A DNA stretch of 21,466 nucleotides, taken from a virus (lineage: Duplodnaviria; Heunggongvirae; Uroviricota; Caudoviricetes). Numbering within the stretch: the first letter of the stretch is position 1; every line of letters begins with the position of its first letter. This document shows, in pieces, positions 1-7,396 of this stretch. The position numbers and the translations under genes were made by a program. The stretch spans positions 1-21,466 of the IMG/VR virus record IMGVR_UViG_2703718792_000016. The stretch is one strand, 5' to 3'. The notes beneath the pieces were generated by a model. It saw only the letters and a list, made by a program, of their open reading frames with translations. It searched no databases and was not told the origin of the DNA.

Positions 1-567
1 TATCGCGTCCTCAACAATGAATTTTGTGATGCGGTGCCTGGTGCCTCCAGGTGACGTTAACCAGTTAACAATTAACGCCGGATACAGAGAATCCACCCAT
101 AACACTGTTTTTGGTTTTAACTGTTCCGCGTGCGCTGAGCCGCATTCACCGCATCACAAAATTCACTTTAAAAAGGGCGGCAGAGCAGTCACGGAGTAGA
201 ACTGATACCGCCAAAAGTCACCAGAAAATTGATAACAGAGGGCGTTGTAGCGGGGTTGTCACTTAAGTGTATGGTCAACCTGACAACCCGGTGTCCTCAA
301 CGGGGAAGGAATAACCCCGCCATACTTACCGCCGCGCCATTTCGCGGAGTGCCACAACCGGAAGCGCACGGTCGACGAAAATTTAACGACAGGCTATCTA
401 TGAACCAGCTACCTCGCCGTGCGCTTTCGCGTTATGGTCTGACTTTTCAGGGAAATATCCTTTCAGTAAACTGTCAGTGCCGGATGCTCACCCGTGTCCG
501 GCGCACGTACTCCACCTTACCCGTGGAGAACTCCTTAATTACCAACCTTAGCTTCGTTGGTTAGCTA

Positions 568-786
568 TTAACGCGGGTATGTAATCATTCTGGCAATGCT
601 CAATGCCGCTGCTTTTTCCAGATTGGTGATATCCTGCTCCAGAGCGGACAGATTTTCAGCCTGCTTAGCCCTGGCTTCATTGGCCCATTTCAGATCCTGC
701 GCTGCATTAATTTTCTGGCGCATCCACTCATAAAGTTCATCATCGGTATAGTCTGGCGCGATGATGACGGGTTCTCGTTTCTGCAT
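568..786 (-). CDS. hypothetical small protein (72 aa), last gene of the leftward early operon in this window
   Basis: Intact ORF with GAGGAA Shine-Dalgarno about 7 nt upstream of the ATG; same strand and tight spacing with the two small ORFs upstream. No family recognised. Confidence 0.5.
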   Translation of the reverse strand: MQKREPVIIAPDYTDDELYEWMRQKINAAQDLKWANEARAKQAENLSALEQDITNLEKAAALSIARMITYPR

Positions 787-816
787 ACTGATTCCTCGCG
801 GTGCTGCTTCGCTTAT

Positions 817-944
817 CAGCCGTTAGATTTTGCCGAGCTGGAAAGCGCCTGTTTAAACTCACTGAAGCTGAGAGCTTCTTCGCCTTCGGCAAGGCCTTCG
901 AAGTATTCTTCGTAAGCCTTTTCCATGATTGTGTCGAAATCCAT
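817..944 (-). CDS. hypothetical small acidic protein (42 aa; MDFDTIMEKAYEEYFEGLAEGEEALSFSEFKQALSSSAKSNG)
   Basis: Not in the ORF track (under 60 aa); found by manual translation. AGGTGA Shine-Dalgarno 6 nt upstream; its ATG lies 2 nt after the stop of the upstream ORF, suggesting translational coupling. Confidence 0.4.
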
Positions 945-945
945 A

Positions 946-1101
946 TCACTCACCTGAGTTTCTTTCCAGCCAGCGACGGGCACCATTTTCGGTTTTAAAC
1001 GTTTTGCTTTTGGTATACGTCATCGCGGTGAACGTGCCGTCCTGGTTGGGAAACACGCCGTACACTAGAGATTCGTTGTTGCCAAGATCGATAGTATCCA
1101 T
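946..1101 (-). CDS. small prophage protein (51 aa, MDTIDLGNNESLVYGVFPNQDGTF...), resembles Rac-type YdaF/DUF1391 proteins
   Basis: Internal ATG at 1101 preceded by GAGGT 5 nt upstream; the 27 codons upstream in the 78-aa track ORF look non-coding. Family assignment is from memory and tentative. Confidence 0.5.
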   Translation of the reverse strand: MDTIDLGNNESLVYGVFPNQDGTFTAMTYTKSKTFKTENGARRWLERNSGE

Positions 1102-1182
1102 GTTGACCTCATTTCCCCTTAACGCCGGGGTAGCGGAACAAAAACCTGCTGCATAGTTATTAAAGTTGAACCCTGCCGTCAT

Positions 1183-1392
1183 GTTCTTACGCCTCGGGCT
1201 GGCTACTTAACCCCTGACCACAGCCTGGTAACTCGAAGTATTGCCCTGCGTTCTGTGGGGCGGGATGAGGGAATGAATGGAGTTTAGAAAAGTGAACTTT
1301 TTAGGTCAATGTTTTTTATCAAAACATTTTAGGCAGGCAGCTGTTAAGCCATCAGCACGATGGCATACAGTTAATCAAATAGATGAGGTTGG
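1183..1392. promoter_or_regulatory. candidate left operator/promoter region (OL/pL-like) between the repressor gene and the leftward small-gene operon
   Basis: Non-coding gap with an about 21-bp palindrome AATGTTTTTTATCAAAACATT (1308-1328) sharing GTTTT/AAAAC arms with sites in the cI-cro gap. Confidence 0.35.
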
Positions 1393-2031
1393 TTAAATAT
1401 CTTGTTGAATTTTAAAGCATACGCCCAATATGCAAGATAGATCATCCAGCATAATTGAAGGGTAGCGAGGATTCGTGGGGACTAAAAGAATATCCGGCCC
1501 TTCTATCTCCAGTTTACGAATGACAGGTGTTGTGGTCCCTTTGGGTAAGGCAAGGACAATATTTCCTGGTTGTACGGTTCGATCGGGATCAACAAAAACT
1601 GTTGAACCATTTGGAATGGAAACTCCCCCACCAGATGTTGACATACTGTCACTCTCTAGAACAACTGCAAAGGTATTGGCCGGGATTTCTCCGACAAGCT
1701 GCACACAAGAGGTTATTGAGGAATTTTTCATATAATCACTCCAGCTTGCTGCCTGCTGAAGTGATAGTAGCGGAACCGTTTTTATCGGCGGTAAAGATAG
1801 ATCAAGCGAATCACCTGTATTTAACTCTCCTCCATTAAGAAGCCAATTTTCGTTTACTTTCAATATCTTTGCCAGTGAACTTATGTAACGCGAGGACGGC
1901 GCTCCTCCACCGTTCATCCATTGACTTACGGAGCCTTTTGATGCGCCAGTGGCATTGACAAGGTCTTTGCCTTTCAGGTTTAGCGCATGCATACGTTGGG
2001 TTATGCGTTCAGATATTGTTTGCTTGCTCAT
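1393..2031 (-). CDS. cI: CI-like prophage repressor (N-terminal HTH, C-terminal S24 LexA-like autopeptidase domain)
   Basis: 212 aa; N-terminal HTH-like segment (...GASKGSVSQWMNGG...), C-terminal SDSM motif and downstream Lys typical of the S24 Ser-Lys dyad; divergent from a cro-like gene. Confidence 0.85.
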   Translation of the reverse strand: MSKQTISERITQRMHALNLKGKDLVNATGASKGSVSQWMNGGGAPSSRYISSLAKILKVNENWLLNGGELNTGDSLDLSLPPIKTVPLLSLQQAASWSDYMKNSSITSCVQLVGEIPANTFAVVLESDSMSTSGGGVSIPNGSTVFVDPDRTVQPGNIVLALPKGTTTPVIRKLEIEGPDILLVPTNPRYPSIMLDDLSCILGVCFKIQQDI

Positions 2032-2122
2032 GTTTTGATTTTAAAACACAGATGGTTTTGTTTCTTGACTTTCTTTGGTTTTGATTATTAAACTTTTGGC
2101 GTTCAGTTTTATGGAGCGACTC
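2032..2122. promoter_or_regulatory. candidate right operator/promoter region (OR with divergent pRM/pR-like promoters)
   Basis: 91-bp gap between divergent repressor and cro-like genes; inverted repeat AAAAC-N7-GTTTT (2043-2059), a second GTTTT..AAAC element (2078-2093), TTGACT -35-like hexamer at 2065-2070. Confidence 0.5.
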
Positions 2123-2353
2123 ATGAAAAAATCAGAAGTATTAGGCTATTTTGGCGGAGTTGTTAAAACAGCCGCAGCTCTAGGAACGTCAAAAACCACA
2201 GTCAGCATGTGGGGGGAAGAGGTTCCGTGGAAATGGGCGTTGCTAATTCAGGCAGTCACTGCCGGGGCGCTCAAATATGAGTTACACATACCGACGGTTG
2301 TCATTCCCGGTTCTGATCATAATCCGCCTTCTAACCAAGGGGGGGATTCATGA
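2123..2353 (+). CDS. cro: Cro-like / YdaS-like small HTH regulator
   Basis: 76 aa from the ATG at 2123 (GGAG 6 nt upstream); divergent from repressor; stop overlaps the next start (ATGA). The track ORF start at 2075 is probably an over-extension. Confidence 0.7.
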   Translation: MKKSEVLGYFGGVVKTAAALGTSKTTVSMWGEEVPWKWALLIQAVTAGALKYELHIPTVVIPGSDHNPPSNQGGDS

Positions 2354-2775
2354 AAATCAAGCATGAACACATCCGCATGGCGATGAATGCCTGGGCGCGT
2401 CCTGATGGCGAAAAAGTTCCAGCAGCTGGAATAACCCAGGCTTATTTTGAGTTGGGTATGACGTTTCCTGAACTGTATGACGACAGCCATCCGGAAGCCC
2501 TGGCTCGCAATACCCAGAAAATTTTCCGCTGGGTAGAGAAAGACACCCCTGATGCAGTTGAAAAAATTCAGGCGTTGTTACCAGCGATCGAAAAGGCAAT
2601 GCCACCTTTGCTGGTGGCCAGAATGCGCAGCCACAGTTCAGCTTATTTTCGGGAGCTAGTGGAGACGCGGGAGCGACTGGTGAGAGACGCTGATGATTTT
2701 GTCGCAGTGGCAATCGCCGGTTTCAATCAGATGAACCGTGGTGGCCCGGCAGGAAATGCTGTGGCAGTACATTGA
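2350..2775 (+). CDS. YdaT-like protein (proposed functional analogue of lambda CII in Rac/CP-933P-type prophages)
   Basis: 141 aa starting MKIKHEHI, immediately downstream of and coupled to the cro-like gene, matching the Rac-type racR/ydaS/ydaT layout. Family recalled from memory. Confidence 0.6.
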   Translation: MKIKHEHIRMAMNAWARPDGEKVPAAGITQAYFELGMTFPELYDDSHPEALARNTQKIFRWVEKDTPDAVEKIQALLPAIEKAMPPLLVARMRSHSSAYFRELVETRERLVRDADDFVAVAIAGFNQMNRGGPAGNAVAVH

Positions 2776-2846
2776 CTGACAATAGCCATATCGAATCGCT
2801 TCCGGCAACTCGTGAGTAAAAAGATTCGGTATCAGAAGAGGTGAGT

Positions 2847-3917
2847 ATGGCTAACGCCTGGCTCAGATTATGGCATGACATGCCAAATGACCCTAAGTGG
2901 CGAACAATTGCCAGGGTGTCAGGGCAGCCAATTGCAACAGTGATGGCAGTGTATATCCACCTCCTGGTGAGTGCGTCACGAAATGTCACGCGAGGTCACA
3001 TTGATGTCACGACAGAAGATTTGGCAAGTGCGCTCGACGTGACAGAAGAGGTAATTGATTCAATTTTGCAGACGATGCAGGGGCGGGTACTTGATGGTGA
3101 TTTAATCACTGGATGGGAAAAACGCCAGGTGCTTAAAGAGGACAACGGCAATATTTCGCAAACCGCAAAATCTCCTGCAGAGCGCAAGAGGGCGCAGCGA
3201 GAGAGGGAAAGAAAGCGGGAACAAAATGGCGATTGTCACGGCGCGTCACGAAATGTCACGCACATGTCACGACGAGTCACGACAGATAAAGATACAGATA
3301 AAGATACAGATCAAGAAGATCAAAACACTATGGTCCATGGCGTAAAAAACGCCACGAACCAGGCAGGGGATGTTCAGACCGTCAATCCTGGTCAGCCAGC
3401 AGGCACGACACCGGAAGCCGATTCAGCGTATGCGCTGAAAGCCGATTCGGGCGCTGTGCAGCAGGCGATGACCGCAGGGTCGGAGCAATCACACCAACTG
3501 CAGCAGCCTGAAGCCGATTCCGCCATTCAGCGGGAAGCCGATCGGGTAGTCCCGAAAAACACCGGGCAGCCTGTGGGACGAGTGGATTATCCGGATGTGT
3601 TCGAACAGATCTGGCGGGAGTACCCGTTGCGTGCCGGGGCAAACCCGAAGAAATCCGCTTTCAGTGCCTGGAAGGCCAGATTACGCGAGGGGGTGCCACC
3701 AGAGGCCATGCTGGATGGCGTGAGGCGTTACGCAAGATACCTAGCGGTTACCGGGAAAACGGGAACGGAATTTGTTCAGCGGGCGACGACGTTTTTTGGA
3801 CCGGACCGGAATTTTGAAAACCCCTGGTTGCTCCCGGTAAGCGGCACGAACAACCAGCGTTGTGTGAATCATATTTCTGAACCGGATACCGAAATTCCGC
3901 CGGGCTTCAGGGGGTAA
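2847..3917 (+). CDS. replication initiation / replisome organiser protein (lambda O-like role) carrying its own iterons
   Basis: 356 aa from the ATG at 2847 (GAGGTGA upstream); low-complexity acidic/Q-A-P-rich linker; two clusters of phased GTCACG repeats inside the coding sequence, as the lambda ori lies inside O. Confidence 0.7.
   Translation: MANAWLRLWHDMPNDPKWRTIARVSGQPIATVMAVYIHLLVSASRNVTRGHIDVTTEDLASALDVTEEVIDSILQTMQGRVLDGDLITGWEKRQVLKEDNGNISQTAKSPAERKRAQRERERKREQNGDCHGASRNVTHMSRRVTTDKDTDKDTDQEDQNTMVHGVKNATNQAGDVQTVNPGQPAGTTPEADSAYALKADSGAVQQAMTAGSEQSHQLQQPEADSAIQREADRVVPKNTGQPVGRVDYPDVFEQIWREYPLRAGANPKKSAFSAWKARLREGVPPEAMLDGVRRYARYLAVTGKTGTEFVQRATTFFGPDRNFENPWLLPVSGTNNQRCVNHISEPDTEIPPGFRG
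2974..3011. repeat. iteron cluster 1: four GTCAC(G/A) copies at 10-11 bp phasing
   Basis: Copies start at 2975, 2985, 2995 and 3006; the 17-mer CGTCACGAAATGTCACG (2974-2990) is repeated exactly at 3244-3260. Confidence 0.55.
3235..3330. repeat. iteron cluster 2 (five GTCACG copies at 10-11 bp phasing) plus adjacent A/T-rich tandem repeat; candidate origin of replication
   Basis: GTCACG at 3235, 3245, 3255, 3266, 3276, followed by ACAGATAAAGAT tandem copies and an A-rich stretch (3282-3330); same architecture as lambda ori (iterons then AT-rich). Confidence 0.55.
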
Positions 3918-3957
3918 GTGTTTATTTCAGCTCATGAGGTAATTATCAGGAGGAGTT

Positions 3958-4383
3958 GTGGCAAAAGTTTTTACACAAGAAGAGCGGGAAAAAATTAAAG
4001 GGCAGGTTGTTGAACTTGTACGCCAGAGTGGGCGCGAGACGTTACGGCAACTGGAAGCCAAGACAGGTGCGACAAGATATCTGATGAGTGTTCTCGCCAG
4101 AGAGCTGGTTGCCAGTGGCGGTGTATACAATTCTGGCTACGGGTTATTCCCGTCTGAACAGGCTCGTAAAGACTGGCAAAACGCCCGCAAAAAATTATCG
4201 AGGGCAAAGCTGAAGAAACCGGTTGTGGTTGATCCTGACCTTATATGGTCATTACCAGATGGAGAAATACGTCGCTACGACAGGCACCTGAATATAATCT
4301 GTCGCGAGTGCCGGGAGAGCGAAGTTATGCAGCGCATACTGGCATTTTATCAAGGAAATGTTAGGTATTTTAGACGTTACTAG
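3958..4383 (+). CDS. hypothetical protein (141 aa), GTG start, immediately after the replication gene
   Basis: ORF with AGGAGG Shine-Dalgarno directly upstream of the GTG; basic, Cys-containing C-terminus; no family recognised. Confidence 0.55.
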   Translation: MAKVFTQEEREKIKGQVVELVRQSGRETLRQLEAKTGATRYLMSVLARELVASGGVYNSGYGLFPSEQARKDWQNARKKLSRAKLKKPVVVDPDLIWSLPDGEIRRYDRHLNIICRECRESEVMQRILAFYQGNVRYFRRY

Positions 4384-4611
4384 ATTAAAGAGCATTAGTT
4401 CAGATGTGAATTGACATTTTCATGGCGCAGGGTAGAGCTAGCGTGGTAGTTTTCTTTGTGCCAGAAACGGCATTTGCAAATATGGCCATGCGCTGTCACT
4501 TAGAGAGGAGCACAGGATTTACCTGTGCTCAAGTTCAATAGTAAAGATGAAAATATTATGAAGATGGTGGGGGAAATGTAACTGCAGTGATACTTTGTGC
4601 AAAAGTAGTAA

Positions 4612-5118
4612 TTATTTCTTTGCAGCCAGAATCAGGCCGTCAAGCCACTCCTGGTGACCATTGAGCATTGGGTTCGGACGAGTATTTGCCAGGTCTTTTG
4701 CTGGAACTCCGTTCTGCGTTTCCTGTGTCAGGATACGGAGTCTGTTACCCGAGAGTTCCTCCAGTAGCCACGCATGATGAACATCTAGGCGTTGTACAGT
4801 ATCTTTTTCACCGGACCATCCGTGCCATGCCAAACGAGCAGGTTTACCTTCAGTAGGTGGAATAAATTCCACGACCTGAGCTTCAACCGGAAATCCAAAT
4901 GTGCTGAAGTAAAAGCGCACGCCATTTTCCAGCTCCGGACCTTTATTGTTATAAAAGCGCACATCTGCTGAATTTTTATAGTATTCCGGCCATAGTAATG
5001 GCTGACTAAGGAGTGGCCAAACATCATTGATGTTCAGACCGGAGATGATCATTTCATTAGACACAAAGTTATCAGTAAATCCCGGAACAAAGCCTTCTGG
5101 CCAGTGAATAGCGTTCAT
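4612..5118 (-). CDS. SRPBCC (Bet v1-like / polyketide cyclase-like) superfamily protein, cargo gene
   Basis: 168 aa from the ATG at 5118 (GGAGG upstream); the track ORF start at 5130 is a TTG extension. Superfamily call from overall sequence character, not a search. Confidence 0.6.
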   Translation of the reverse strand: MNAIHWPEGFVPGFTDNFVSNEMIISGLNINDVWPLLSQPLLWPEYYKNSADVRFYNNKGPELENGVRFYFSTFGFPVEAQVVEFIPPTEGKPARLAWHGWSGEKDTVQRLDVHHAWLLEELSGNRLRILTQETQNGVPAKDLANTRPNPMLNGHQEWLDGLILAAKK

Positions 5119-5253
5119 AAATGCCTCCAATTGCGGTAGTTAATTGTACTGGGTTTGCTGCGTTACGACCGCAACACGATGGCAGTGATTATTAGCGCAA
5201 TGAAGTTATAAGGCGAATTATGATTACTTATAATCTTAATAAGATAAATTATA

Positions 5254-6162
5254 TCAGGAGCCAGTATCTTGGCTAACTTCTACGCATAAAGCCCGAATCC
5301 ACTGATGGCTAGGGTCACGATGAGTTCGTTCATGCCAGGCCATACTCTTGGTAAAGCCCGGAACTTTCAGGGGCAAAGGGAGTATGATTAGATCGTTGTT
5401 AGTCAGGACCATGCGGTGGGGGACAACAGCGATCATATCAGTCACTTGCAATATATCAGGAACTACTTGAAAACTATTAACTGACATGCCTACTCGTCGT
5501 GTCAGACTGAGCTTAGCCAGTGCTTCATCTGTAACACCGGAGAAGCTACCTTCTGAAGACACCAGAATATGTTCCTGTTTGCAAAATTGTTCGAGAGTCA
5601 TTTCTGAATTCGCTGACAACGGATGATTCCGTCGTGCTATGCAAACATAATCTTCTTCATAAAGTGCTCTGCCGTGCAGCTCTCCGGGAGTGGTTTGTGG
5701 TGTTACCAAAGCCAGATCAACTTCTCCCTGAGATAACTGCTGATATATTCGTTTATTGTCTACAGGCCGCACAGAGATTTTAATATTCGGTGCTCGATGT
5801 TTCAGCGCAGCCATCAATGGGACAACAACAGCCTTAACTGCATAGTCCGTTGCGACAATGGTATAAGTTAGTTCTGCCGTCATGGGGTCAAATTTACTTG
5901 GTTTCAGCAGAATCGTGATATCGGTGAGAATTTGTTTTACCGGCATAGCAAGTTCTTTAGCACGGAGTGTGGGAACCATACCGTGACTGGTGCGAACAAA
6001 GAGAGGATCGCAAAAATAATCACGTAATCGAATAAGCATGCCACTGACAGCGGGCTGCGTCAGGGAAAGTCGCTGCGCAGCCCGAGTCACGCTTCCCTCA
6101 TCCATTAACGCATCAAAGGTCTTAAGTAAGTTAAGGTCGAGGGTTTTGATATCATTTTTCAT
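5254..6162 (-). CDS. LysR-family transcriptional regulator
   Basis: 302 aa; N-terminal HTH signature (...LNLLKTFDALMDEGSVTRAAQRLSLTQPAVSGMLIRLRD...) and a C-terminal substrate-binding-type domain of typical length. Confidence 0.9.
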   Translation of the reverse strand: MKNDIKTLDLNLLKTFDALMDEGSVTRAAQRLSLTQPAVSGMLIRLRDYFCDPLFVRTSHGMVPTLRAKELAMPVKQILTDITILLKPSKFDPMTAELTYTIVATDYAVKAVVVPLMAALKHRAPNIKISVRPVDNKRIYQQLSQGEVDLALVTPQTTPGELHGRALYEEDYVCIARRNHPLSANSEMTLEQFCKQEHILVSSEGSFSGVTDEALAKLSLTRRVGMSVNSFQVVPDILQVTDMIAVVPHRMVLTNNDLIILPLPLKVPGFTKSMAWHERTHRDPSHQWIRALCVEVSQDTGS

Positions 6163-6493
6163 AATGAGGTCACCTGACAGATATAAAAATGTTGATTGAG
6201 GCTAATTGCCCCGATGAAGGTTGTCGAGGGGAACCAGGAGTTTTTTCTTTTGGGTGATTTCCATTGCTGGATAGTTCCCTTGTACAGATAAGTCCGTTCT
6301 TCGCACAAAGCGGACTGGAAGGTTAGCTTGAGTCGGACTTTGCGTATTAAAAGAAGTGCTGGTGGTGACTGGTTCTTTAGCCCCATTTCCCCAGAAAAAA
6401 TCAGAGAAACTATACCCAATAGTTGTATTGATTCACTGACGAGACGGCCTCATATTGATAGGGACTAGTGTGCATCCAATACAGGAGGTTGTT

Positions 6494-6583
6494 GTGCTGG
6501 TTCTCAAATGTGCGCTGGCTATTGCGGCTGTAATGGCAATTTATTGTCTTGCTGTTGTTCTTATGGATCGCCTTTCTGATTGA
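6494..6583 (+). CDS. small hydrophobic peptide (29 aa, VLVLKCALAIAAVMAIYCLAVVLMDRLSD), possible membrane peptide or type I toxin-like
   Basis: Not in the ORF track; GTG start with AGGAGG 6 nt upstream; one predicted transmembrane helix with a charged C-terminus; divergent from the LysR gene. Confidence 0.35.
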   Translation: MLVLKCALAIAAVMAIYCLAVVLMDRLSD

Positions 6584-6737
6584 TTTCATATTGGCGAGGT
6601 AACGGTAGTTAAGTAGAATTGCTGCGGGTGCTTGAGGCTATCTGCCTCGGGCATGAACACCAACGGCAGATAGAGAAAAGCCCCAGTTAACATTACGCGT
6701 CCTGCAAGACGTTTAACATTAATCTGAGGCCATATCT

Positions 6738-6797
6738 ATGCGACACATAGAGATTAGCCTCTTACGGACCGAAAGGTCAAGGAGAAGCAGGCTATGA
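6738..6797 (+). CDS. mok-like leader ORF overlapping the hok start
   Basis: 19-codon ORF whose stop overlaps the hok ATG (ATGA), the kind of coupling seen in hok/mok loci. Speculative. Confidence 0.25.
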   Translation: MRHIEISLLRTERSRRSRL

Positions 6798-6949
6798 AGC
6801 AGCAAAAGGCGATGTTAATCGCCCTGATCGTCATCTGTTTAACCGTCATAGTGACGGCACTGGTAACGAGGAAAGACCTCTGCGAGGTACGAATCCGAAC
6901 CGGCCAGACGGAGGTCGCTGTCTTCACAGCTTACGAACCTGAGGAGTAA
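6794..6949 (+). CDS. hokD: Hok/Gef-family type I toxin (HokD/RelF-like)
   Basis: 51 aa MKQQKAMLIALIVICLTVIVTALVTRKDLCEVRIRTGQTEVAVFTAYEPEE; aligns with R1 Hok ([20 protein letters not shown]) and matches my recollection of E. coli RelF/HokD; GGAG Shine-Dalgarno upstream. Confidence 0.85.
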   Translation: MKQQKAMLIALIVICLTVIVTALVTRKDLCEVRIRTGQTEVAVFTAYEPEE

Positions 6950-6987
6950 GAGACCAGGCGAGGGAGAAATCCCTCGCCACCTCTGAT

Positions 6988-7395
6988 GTGTCAGGCATCC
7001 TCAACGCACCCGCACGTAACCCGCTTCGGCGGGTTTTGTTTTTTCCTGGCATTCTGGTTTACAATTCGCACGCCAGCCTGAACAACTGGCACCTGCTGCG
7101 CCAGCAGAGACAACCGATGGCGCGCGATACCAAATTACACAATTCTAATGATTCTGCCGTCTTTGCCAGTAGGTGCGGACGGCGTTTTCACGCATTCAAA
7201 TCAGACTGGTTCCAGCATCCTCCATGCACTGAAGAGCAGGCGGAATGGATAATTCAGTGTTACCGCAGGCGCGGATACGAGGTTAAGAAAGCTCTTAGCC
7301 TCGACTACCGTCACTGGATAATCTCAGTCAGACTCCCTTACTCCGAACGCCCACCGCGTTCATCCCGCACATTCCAGCAACGCATCTGGAGGTAA
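6988..7395 (+). CDS. hypothetical protein in the nin-like region (possibly Rem-like); start uncertain (GTG 6988 or ATG 7117)
   Basis: ORF ends 1 nt before the DUF968 gene start; preceded by a stem-loop (6959-6976) after hok. A 92-aa product from 7117 is equally possible. Confidence 0.45.
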   Translation: MSGILNAPARNPLRRVLFFPGILVYNSHASLNNWHLLRQQRQPMARDTKLHNSNDSAVFASRCGRRFHAFKSDWFQHPPCTEEQAEWIIQCYRRRGYEVKKALSLDYRHWIISVRLPYSERPPRSSRTFQQRIWR

Positions 7396-7396
7396 C

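Noticed and set aside
229-564. 111-aa plus-strand ORF (and the 60-aa ORF at 17-199)
   Set aside because: Translation is Arg/Cys-rich and non-protein-like, with no RBS; opposite in orientation to the adjacent early operon.
1475-1838. Plus-strand ORFs of 86 aa and 103 aa
   Set aside because: Antisense to the CI-like repressor gene, which has clear domain signatures.
2357-2989. Minus-strand ORFs of 118 aa and 88 aa
   Set aside because: Antisense to the YdaT-like and replication genes, which have coherent operon structure and RBSs.
2974-3281. Possible CRISPR array suggested by regularly spaced short repeats
   Set aside because: The repeats are 6-bp GTCACG units at 10-11 bp spacing inside a coding sequence, with no 25-40 bp repeat/spacer structure; they fit replication-origin iterons.
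4508-4530. Perfect 9-bp stem hairpin (GAGCACAGG / CCTGTGCTC) considered as a terminator
   Set aside because: No T-run follows on either strand; may be a regulatory or RNA-processing structure, but a terminator call is not supported.
6159-6419. 86-aa minus-strand ORF upstream of the LysR gene
   Set aside because: Its stop overlaps the LysR start in an unusual way, it has no RBS, and it lies in what is more likely the LysR promoter region.
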